Source: Lama guanicoe
Taxonomy: Eukaryota
Direction of reading: 5' to 3'
Assembly (NCBI GenBank): GCA_013239625.1
Contig: MU053493.1
Span: forward strand, 1 to 64,000
Length of the DNA: 64,000 nucleotides
Shown: positions 54,396 to 64,000 of the stretch, piece by piece
Layout of the letters: every line of letters starts with the position of its first letter
Position numbering within the stretch: the stretch's first letter is position 1
Made by a program: the position numbers and the translations under genes
Notes under the pieces: model-generated
Databases searched by the model: none
What the model saw: the letters and a program-made list of their open reading frames with translations, nothing else
What the model was told of the DNA's origin: nothing

Positions 54396-54824
54396 AGCTT
54401 AAATGTAAATGGAAACAAAAAACTGATACGATGCCCTCTGTCCCTCACTACAGACTGCTTTCCTTTGTACTGATCAAGCCCCAAAGCCCCAAAGCCCTGC
54501 ATTTTTTAGGTAGATATTTTGTCTATTAGAACCTGACCTCAAGAGTCCCACATCTACAGGATGGTCCCTTTCTACTCTGATGAACAATTCTCTTCTGTAT
54601 TTCCTCGCAAGATCTCTTTCCAAACCACATTCCCACTGGAGCAGGATGACAAACACAGCACAGCTCTCCTCCAGTTACTATTTTCCATGCAGTGAGGTAT
54701 CATTTCCATACATTAATTCTTTATTTCTAACATGAAGAGCCCCCAAACACCCCACATTCTGGCAATCCATTATACTGGGCCCTCACAGTAGCTTCTCATC
54801 CCTCTGCCCCAATACGCATCTTAC

Positions 54825-54827
54825 CAT
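54825..54827 (-). CDS. SNRPN: SmN start codon (last 3 nt of exon 4)
   Basis: GCAATC ATG|GTAAG donor, as in SNRPN/SNRPB. Confidence 0.92.
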
Positions 54828-54971
54828 GATTGCTGTTCCACCAAGTCCAATGTCCACAGGAAAAGTTTCAGGATCCTTAAGACCTAAGGGAAGGCTACAG
54901 ATAAAGGTATGACGCAGGTTCTCCTACAAACAATGCAAGCTGGGGCAGAAGCTTCAGATAGCAGATGGAGC
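54828..54971 (-). other. SNRPN: SNRPN exon 4, untranslated part
   Basis: Acceptor CTGCAG|GCTCCATCT; sequence ...GGAGAACCTGCGTCATACCTTTATC...GGTGGAACAGCAATC matches SNRPN exon 4. Confidence 0.9.
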
Positions 54972-57316
54972 CTGCAGAGGAAAGCACGATCTACTAGCTG
55001 CACTGCAATCTACCACGTTATAAAACAGACAATTTTGCATGAAAATTACTATAACAGGTATTCAAAAACAGCCCCCCTCAAGCTCTCATACCCACCAAGT
55101 AAACACTAAGTTTCACTATTCCCTCATCTTAACCCCTGCTGTCTACATACCTATGGTTATGAGTTTGATGAATTTTATACAGAAATTCTTAATCGTGTCA
55201 AAAATAAGCTTTATTTTTCATTCCCAAAGTGTAGTATTTTCTCTTTCCATTCCTATTTAACATACATTGTGTTTCATTCTCTAGTCCTAAACTAATACCA
55301 AGTCATCTCAACTTCAACAATTTGGTATCCTTAAGTTTCTCCATCTGAATTACTCCTGAGTTAGTGCAAACTTTTGCTCCTTGGCTGAACCACATAAATG
55401 TTTTCAACCTCAATCTTCCCTCCCCCAAGCCAAAGTCCCTTCAAAATAACGCTAGGAAACTTTTCCTCACCAAGAACCAAATACATTTTCATGTACCTGC
55501 TTAAGATGTCGTTTGTTAAAAGGGGACTTAAAACTACTGAATGCTTTTATAAATATAAGGTTAACTTTCTTAGTAAACAGTGGAATATGGATTAGAACAG
55601 TATTATCATTTTCCTGATGTAATTAAGAAAATGATTCTAGTAAGTATATGAGAACCAAATCTAGCCAAGTCTGGTAAAGGGTCTCAAACTTCTAATTATA
55701 TTCATTAAAAAGGAAACACAAATTATGTTACTTTTGAATGGGAATTTGGATTTACACATAAAAGCAACTCAGTATCATAAACAAAATGTGGTATGATTGC
55801 ACTTTTAACAATGCCAACATTTCCACTAAGAATGTTCTCCACTATTTTCAGTGAAGAAAATTGCCAACAGTAAAATAAACTGGTCAGGTACTTTTAAAAT
55901 CATCTATTTTAGTATGTGAAAATGAACTCACTTGAATGATGGTTATGAACTAAAGCAAAATCAAAATGATAAAGTAAAATAAACTACAGTCTTCTACATA
56001 GACCTGTAACACTAGATCAAAAGGTAACATAATTGTATAAAATTAACAATTCAGTTAAGTGGGGCATCATCTTATCTAAAAAAATACACTCCTGATCGTT
56101 ACTGTGAATGTCTTGTCTTCTAAGCTTTGTCTTCCATGTGTAAACTGCCATGCATCCTTTGTGCAGTTTTCCATGGAAGACAACCTTCCCCCCGTAAATA
56201 TAGTTTCTAACCCAAACTCACACGAGAAGTTTAAACCTTGTAATTCAGATGTTCTGAACTCTAACAGGATTCTCTATAAGGCAGAGTCTAAATTCAGGAA
56301 TACTTGGTGTATGTTTGAATCATTAACGATTTCCTTTTTTATAATAGTGTATCTAAGATTTAGGATCTTCAGCAATCCATAGCGACAGAAAGTAAATTAA
56401 GTGGCTGTCTGAAATAGGGTGGTGGAAATGGGGGATGAATTAAATGGGCATGAGGGAGCTTCCTCAGGTAATGGAAAATCCTAAGAGTACACATGGCAAT
56501 GGCTGCAAAATTCTGTAAATTTACTAAAAATCACTGGTTTATAACTGGGTGAATTCTATGGTATATAAAGTATACACCAAAATAAAGCTGTTTTTAAAAA
56601 GAAAAATGTCAGGACCTTCAAATAATGTTAAAGTTCATAATATGATTACTTTTTATATGGCCATTGGTGCCCCTCAAAACAAAAAGAAAGCTAAACATTC
56701 AACAAGACCCTATTAGTGGAGAACGCTCCTTTACCAACAATGGAGACATGCTACCAATGAGCCAAAAAACAGTGATTACTAAGGGAAAAAAAGCAGGGCT
56801 GCAAGCAGGTTTTCAAAATTTCATGTAAAGGAAAAAAGTGTAATCACAAAAAAAGTTTCTGATATAGATTAGCATAATGAGAACTAGGATTAAATGTGCA
56901 TTAAAGGTGGGAATTTGTAGTCAGTCACCTCTGCAGTGAAAGTTTAAAATTCAGAGACAAAATTTTTCCTTTCAATTGTCAAAAAAGATTATTTAGGGTA
57001 CAGATTTCCCAGTCTGGCCGGATTCAAATATTTTATTCCACGTGGCATTTCTGAACACATATCTAATCAGCCCTAGTTTAGAGTTTAGCTATTAAGAAAC
57101 CAACAAGTTCAAACAAGATTTCCTGCTGTGGTGAATTAGAACAAAAAAGGAAGGCCAGTCAGTCCTGTGTCTGTCCATCCAACCTATTTGAGGTCCCAAA
57201 CCCCTCCCACATCCACAATGTTGTTAATCCAGTTATCAAATATAAAAATGCACCTGGGGATTTGAGTCATGAGCTAAAGACATGGAGACATACAGAACTG
57301 GGGATATAAACATGTA

Positions 57317-57432
57317 GTGTGTGTGTGTGTGTGTGTGTATGTTATGTGTATGTGTACGTGTATATGTGTGTGTATATATATGTAGTTGTATACGTGTATA
57401 TATATACATATATACATATACACACACACACA
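57317..57432. repeat. Compound (TG)/(TA)/(CA) microsatellite
   Basis: Alternating purine-pyrimidine tract of about 115 bp. Confidence 0.92.
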
Positions 57433-59845
57433 TAATCTAAGAGACAATACATTTCACTCAGAATTCAGAACAGGGGTTGACTGAAGAGGTTCAGAAAGGC
57501 TTTCCCTTAATGAGATGGACTTGAAATTTAGGAACAATTATCTCTTCTCTCTAAATTTAGCACACCATAATCATTAACCCTTGTAAGGGAAAGGAGGCAT
57601 CACTTTGTACAAAGATCAAATGCATCTCTGCAGCAGAGAACAAAATGCTTGATGAAGAAGATGACAGCAGTAGCACATGTCACCAAGCACTAAGGAATCT
57701 CTCACCAAAATGCACATAAACCAATGGATGGCCCAGAGCCCAACTCAAACATCCTGGGATCCCTCACAGGAGGAACAGTTCTCAAACTACTGGAAAGTGT
57801 AGACTTTTAAATTATTAAACTACATAAATATGCAAAGCGTCTTTAAACAAGATACAATGGCCAGACTTGGCCAACATACATATAAGGCACGAGAAGTCAC
57901 AGAATGGTAATGTATTAGTGCTCATTCATAAATGATAAAGTACCAACCTTCAGGAAAAAAATGTGCAAAAAAGTTTAACAGGAAAAAACATGAGTAAGTG
58001 GAAAATATTTATCCACAAAGCAATGCCAGTTAAAACCAGAGGAAAACAATTTCCCCTTCTTGGAACTGTTTATCAAAGGAAAAAACAGACCCCAAAAGGC
58101 GGTACTAAGAAACTGTCACTCTAGTTATTGTTCTTGAGGACAATCACCACTGCTTATGATGCTGTTAGCAACAGAACAAAACATTTATGAGTCACACTAG
58201 TATTTGTACCCTGCAGCCCAAAATTGGATCCTTATCCTGATACATTTGAAGTACCAATTACATCTTAAAAATAATAGAACTAATATTCGTAACAGCACAG
58301 CAAACTAGGGGAAAAAACACAAGTACAAGGGAAAAGTGCATCACGAATGGACCATCATTTATTCATTACAAATGATAATTGTGAGGATTGTGTAATAAAA
58401 TGAAGAAACATTAACAATACACATTTAAGTTGAATAAAATTAAGTTTAAAAGCATGATTACGACTGACTACATTTTCAAAAGAAAATTCAACCTTATGCT
58501 ATGATTTAAACATGAGTATCTGAAGTCTTTCATTTACTTTCCAATTTTCCTTGGTTATCACTCACATACTTTAGAGTATTATCATGAAAAAAACACCGTA
58601 TCAATTGTTAAAGGACTTAGAAGAGTATGTGAACTGCACTGAGGAGCCAAAAAATTCTTGATTAAAAAAAAATCAATTGTGTGCCCTTATGCATTTTAAA
58701 ATGCCCTTAACTCAGGGGAACAGCTGAGGACAATGATCGGATTCCACTGTCTGAAATCAATTCCACTGTCTTGCAATCAATTCCAGGCAATTCCTGGACA
58801 ATGCAGGGTAAAGGTCAGCAGGGGAGGATTTTTCCTGTCTTAAAATTCAAAATGCTGGCCATAAGCAGGCCTAGTTAATTTGAATTGAGGGGTAATATTT
58901 CAAAACAGAAATCAAAAAAATCTCGATGAAAACTCATCTATAAACCCCCTTTCTTAGTTTCTAATAAGTACATATCAAATCCTTTGGATTAAGGTCCTTT
59001 TAAAATATAATTAAAGGAAAAATAAATTATTAAATCTAAATCAACTTAATAGCTTTTTCCTTAAAATGCAAGCAACCAACATAAAGAGACAAACTGTAAA
59101 TAAATCTATGTCACATTGAAAAATAATGGATAATAGCTTTATTACATTGTCAGAGGATTCAAATACATTCGTAAAAAAGTGAGAAAAAAACAAAAAAGGA
59201 GTAATTAGTAAGTAAGTATGGAAAAATATTAAGCTTCTCATTTGCTAATGGTGTGATGTGTATTTATAATTCAACAGACACAACTGGTATGTCATTAAAA
59301 TAACCAATGCAGATGGAAGTGTATTGTAACTGGCGATATATTTTTTCAAGGTGATAAAGACTGACTAATGCTTTGTAATTAAATTTAGAAAAATTCATAT
59401 TCCTTGATTTAATTTTTACATTTGCATATCCAAGGAAATTATTCTATCTAATGTCTTATGTAAAGCAATTCACTGAAGCTTTATTTAAACCATCAGCAGA
59501 AAAAAATGAAATCTTTCACAAAAAATATATTAGCAGGATAACTCAACAGCCATTTATAATGAATTATTTTTTCATATATTAGGCTGAAAATTAGTACAAG
59601 TTAAATATGAATAAAACTACCTAGAAAGCAGACTACAATGGCTGGAAATACATGACAAGTGTCATCAGGATAAAAGCATTAAGGTCCCGCTTTTACTTTT
59701 TTAAACTTTCTGCAATGTGTTTATTTGTATGAAGCCTTTAAGGAAAAAAAAATCTTTCAACATATCCCAAATAATTACATGACCTCCAAACACCCTCCTC
59801 TTTCACTAGTTCTTTATTCTTGATCATGAATGCATCAGCTCTAAC

Positions 59846-59896
59846 CTGTTATTTCTTTCTGCTTGCAATCAGCTACCTGGGTGCTCCAACACTGCT
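59846..59896 (-). other. SNURF: Non-coding 3' part of SNURF-SNRPN exon 3 (intercistronic)
   Basis: Runs from the SNURF stop to donor AACAG|GTTAGA (GT at 59845-59844), matching the recalled human boundary; a second possible donor CCCAG|GTAGCT follows 59877. Confidence 0.7.
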
Positions 59897-60011
59897 TTAA
59901 CCACCTCTTGGCGTCTCAGCTAAGAATGCCTGTCTCAGCTCCGCCTGGAAGTCCACCACAGGCACTTGCTGGGGCTGCTGCTGCTGTGACCGCCTCGGGT
60001 ACAGGTGACAC
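59897..60011 (-). CDS. SNURF: SNURF coding part of exon 3 (C-terminus); exons 1-2 outside window
   Basis: After acceptor TTGTCGTAG|G, translates CHLYPRRSQQQQPQQVPVVDFQAELRQAFLAETPRGG* (TAA 59899-59897), the known SNURF C-terminus. Confidence 0.97.
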
Positions 60012-60683
60012 CTACGACAAGAGCACGGTACATAAAACGGAAAGACATTTTGCCCATATAGACAATAATTTATGGAATAAAATATACAGACTCTATTTCT
60101 TAAGATAGTCATTGAGGGTCAGAGTACACCACTGCCTCATGAAGAAACTACAAAACAAGGAGCCTCTCTGCACACAGGGATGTGCAAGGAACTGGGCCAT
60201 ACTTACCCAAGCTGGGGATACTACCAAGGAATCATTAAAAAAAAAAAAAAAGCTCTTTTGGCTTAAAATGTCCTGTGAAAGTACCGTTAGTACAATATCC
60301 ATTACTTACTTTCCAATCTGGAAACAATTCTTTAACCCCTAGGGAGGGAGGTGGACATTTTTAAGGCATTTCCAGTGAGATACTAAGGCTGTGAACCATG
60401 CTATCCTTCCAAGAAATCACTACCTAAAACAAACAACTTCCAGCATACAGACTATTCAGGCTCAACACTATGTAACTCGACCATCTTTCAGTTAGAAGGG
60501 AATTCTGGAGAAAAGCATTCAACGTGTTCCTACATGTCAGTCACCTGGCTCTGAATCTGATCCTGAGGATAAGGAAGAGATACAGCAAGTTACACAGGTT
60601 ACTGGCTAACAAGATAAGTGTGAAAATTCTGCCCTGTATACATACATAAGAATATTCAACAGCAGTTGGATTTTAAAATGGAT

Positions 60684-61440
60684 CTTTGATAAGAGGTTTT
60701 TCCAGTATTTTCTGTAGTTTCTAAGTAACATTTTTCAACATTCTGTTATATAATAATGAATTATGCTGGACTTTGTCCATGGTTCCTAGGAGGTAACCTC
60801 TAGTCCTTTGCACTTAATAAGTGGTAGAAGTGTCGTCTGTTTTTCATGGTGGGCCCCCTGGATCACACCAGAGTTAACTCTAACAGGATGTCTCAGGACA
60901 GGGGCTGGGCAGGCTTCATGTAGACCTATCACGTGATTAGAGGGGTGGGGCTTTGAGCCTGACCTCCTGGGAAGGATGGGAGCTGGAAACTGAGACTGAG
61001 GTCAATTACATGGCATTGATTCATCAACCCTGCCTATTTAATGAAATCCTAATCATTAAAATCTAGACACTCAAAGCTGCGGTGTGCTTCCTGGCTGGTG
61101 ATATACACTGATGTACTGAGACTAAAATATCCTGAGGACATGGAAGCTTCAGGTCTTGTCCTATAGAGTCCCTCCATGTGGCTTACCCTGATTTGTACCC
61201 TCTATAATAAAATATTAAGTATAGTGTTTTTGAGTTCAGAGTCATTCTAACAAATTATGGAACTTGAGGGAGTAGTGGAAACCCTCAATCTGTATCCAGC
61301 TATTAAGAAACTACAGGTGGCCCACAAACTCTAGAGCATGCAGCTGGTATCTCAGTAGAGGGTCATCTTAGGAGGGCCTGTGCCCTTACCCTGTCAGAAT
61401 CTGCACTAATCCAAGGAGTAAGGATCAGAACTACACTGCT
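60684..61440 (+). mobile_element. MER21-like LTR
   Basis: 'cacgtgattagaggggtggggctttgagcctgacctcctgggaagg..gagctgga','gcttcctggctggtga..ctgatgt','ctttataataaa'-like signal. Confidence 0.75.
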
Positions 61441-62567
61441 CACACCTCTAAGTTTCCCCATTTCAATCACAGAATAATTAAATCTTTATTTGGGCATTCT
61501 CAGTTTCATTCCTTTCATTACCAAACAGCAACTAAGTCTTGACCTAACAATATTCTAACTCATTTTTAAGCCAAAAAGAAAAAAAAACCTTTTTGTTTTT
61601 GCTTCTTGCAACTCCTACTGTAGTGTTCCTCCTGGGTTTAATGTAAGACTAAGGTAAGAAAAAGAAAATAAGATGCAGTACATACAATATGTGCTTCATA
61701 AATGCAAAATATAAATTCAGGAATAATGAATTCAGAAGACTCTCCAGCCCCAGTCTCTAATTTCTCTCAAACTCACAATACATCAAGAAATAGGGAAGAC
61801 ATGTACCAGCCCCAAAGAACTAGTTGATTTGGTGACGTATCTATTGGAAGACAGAATAACCATCAATTCTAGGAGTATATATCAGTGACATTCTATTAAT
61901 ACTTGCTGTTGGTTAGTGGGACGGTGTGTGCATCGTGTTTTGGGTTTTATTCAATTTTGTTTTGTATTTGTTGGATGGAATACTAACAATAATCCTTTAC
62001 TGATCTTTACAATTGGCATCCACACAATTCCTCAGGAATACTGACTCTCAGTACTTGTGGTTTGGGAAAAGGTGGAAGAGACTGATAGATTGTAATTAAA
62101 ATGAACACTCAGACTACATCGTGTCCCAATCTTGAGCGAATCCTGAGTATATGTACCATTAAGCAGAGATTAGAGTATCAATACGGCTTACCCTTTTCTA
62201 TAATCCACCTACTCTCAAAGAGGAAAAAAGTGGCTGGCGAAATTACACTGTTTCCCTAACTCAAAACTTCCCTCAGATTCTTCCCTTACTGCTGCACCCT
62301 ATAATATTTATACATAATATATAAAACAGAGGTCCGGAAAATAGTTACTTCTTCTTTGAAAGCTACAAAATGTTTCTATTGATATGGACAAATTAATGAC
62401 ACCTAAAGCAGGTTTTTACAAGATTAGGATATGATCACCTGTTATACTGGTCCACAATGATGCTGCATAAGATAAACACTCTAATAAAATATAGCAAATA
62501 TGATAGAACCTTTACCCACTAATAAAGATCCTCCCCTAAAATATGCCCCCCACCCATACTTCTACCA

Positions 62568-63005
62568 TGTAGACGAAAAATGTTAACAAATAATGTTTCG
62601 AGCCTATAGCCACTGCAGCTGCCCCAAACTGTGCACCCTGTGGGGATCAGGATGGAGAAAAGCAGGATACTGGCCCTAGATAGATAAGGTGCAGATCAAA
62701 GAAACGGTTTCATGGTAATGAGTTCAGTGAGCTCAGACACTTGCATCTTCTCATACACAGAAAAGCACTAAATTCATTAACTTGAGATGTCTGGCTTTCT
62801 TTAATTAACAGTAATCTTTTGACATTTTGACTAACTGGTTTTTGTTACAAAACTTCTATGTATCCTGGCTCCTTCCCTACCTCTTTTGAGTAGTCCCTCA
62901 AGAGCTACCCGAGAGGCTGTCTTCCCAGCTTAAGTCCTCAGTTTTGTCTACTAAATAAAACATAATTCTCAACCTTTAGGTAGTACGTGTTTTTTTCAGC
63001 TGACG
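62568..63005 (+). mobile_element. ERV solo LTR
   Basis: Imperfect inverted ends tgtagacgaaaaa ... tttttcagctgacg, internal aataaa at about 62954, near 4-bp TSD acca/atca. Confidence 0.7.
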
Positions 63006-63404
63006 ATCACAATCTGTATACTATCTCAAGATATTTCTAGAGATTCTGGGGGAAAAATAGCAATTTTGAAAATTCTCAAGTTACAAAAGACTAAAAGGCG
63101 AAAAATTATAATATAAAAGAAATTAATGGGCAAATTCTTATTATAACAAATTATATAAAATATTCACTCATAAAATATTTCCTTTCAAAGTAATCTCCAA
63201 AATAAAAATGTAATAAAGAATAATGAACTCTGAATAAATAGTCTCACTAGTAATTAAAATGTGCAACTACATGGAAATTTTTCCACATATAAAATGAGCA
63301 AATAACCAAAATAAGACCCAAAATGCTACCTACTCCTTACAACTTTTTAAAGAAGCTTTTGAAGTGAAAAAGTGAAATAAAATGCAAATAAACATTAATA
63401 ACTA

Positions 63405-63753
63405 CATTTGACCCTTGAACAACATGAGTCTGAATTGCATGGGTCTATTTATATATGGATATTTTTCCAGTAAACATATTGGAAACTTTTTTGGAGATTT
63501 GTGACAATTTGAAAAAACAACCTGCAGATGAACCAGAGAGACTAGAAATACGGGAAAAAATTAAGTTATGTATAAAATATATGTAATATATATGTAATAT
63601 AAAAATGTGTTAATTGACTATTGGTTATCAGTGAGGCTTCTGGTCAATACTAGGCTGTTTGCAGTTAAGTCTGGGGGCAGTTAAGTTATTAGGCGTTTTT
63701 TGCCTGTCTGGGGGGTTGGTGCCCCAACACCCTCATTGCTCAAGGGGTAACTG
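63405..63753 (+). mobile_element. Tigger2/MER28-like TcMar DNA transposon
   Basis: TIRs catttgacccttgaacaac ... attgctcaaggggtaactg flanked by TA target duplications. Confidence 0.88.
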
Positions 63754-64000
63754 TAATATTAGCTTCCAGACTGACTGCTTTTATCGTCATTGCATAAGAA
63801 ATGCAAACAACCTCAATATCCATGAGTAAGCTAATGCTACGTTATATTGCAGCACCCATACTCTGTAATTTGTAAAATGAGGTAGATTTATAAGCACTGA
63901 CATGGAAAGATTCCCTACAGCATATTGTTTCAAAATAAATCTCATGTATGTCAATAAACAAATCACAAATATGCCTTCCCCATCCCATATGGGTGTACAT

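Noticed and set aside
58741..58795. Short tandem repeats attccactgtct...caatc
   Set aside because: Ordinary slippage duplication; no spacer structure and not CRISPR-like (eukaryotic DNA)
59897..60112. 71-aa ORF taken as complete SNURF
   Set aside because: The length match is coincidental; the N-terminal half is intron 2 sequence and the true exons 1-2 lie outside the window

Overview
AT-rich, repeat-laden mammalian genomic DNA. The tRNA-derived SINEs resemble the camelid vic-1 family, so the source is probably a camelid (inference). The window covers the 3' part of the imprinted Prader-Willi-region SNURF-SNRPN gene on the minus strand. It contains SNURF exon 3 and SNRPN exons 4-10, which splice to an intact 723-nt, 240-aa SmN ORF; exons 1-2 and the imprinting centre lie beyond position 64000. 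Downstream are about 49 kb of the SNHG14-type read-through host region with box C/D snoRNAs in the expected order: SNORD107 (intact), a strongly decayed probable SNORD64 relic, SNORD108 (damaged boxes) and SNORD109A (intact). No SNORD116 copy is inside the window. The rest is L1/L2/MIR/LTR/DNA-transposon debris and microsatellites. The locus itself is well known, and I found no evidence of a wholly new system. The most notable lineage-specific observations are snoRNA decay, a TSD-flanked HAL1-like chimeric L1 nested in another L1, an in-frame stop-free SNRPN intron 9, a 3-aa SNURF insertion, an inverted SINE pair just 5' of SNORD107, and an ancient ~450-bp triplication carrying RBFOX motifs. 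Comparisons with human sequences are from memory and need database confirmation.
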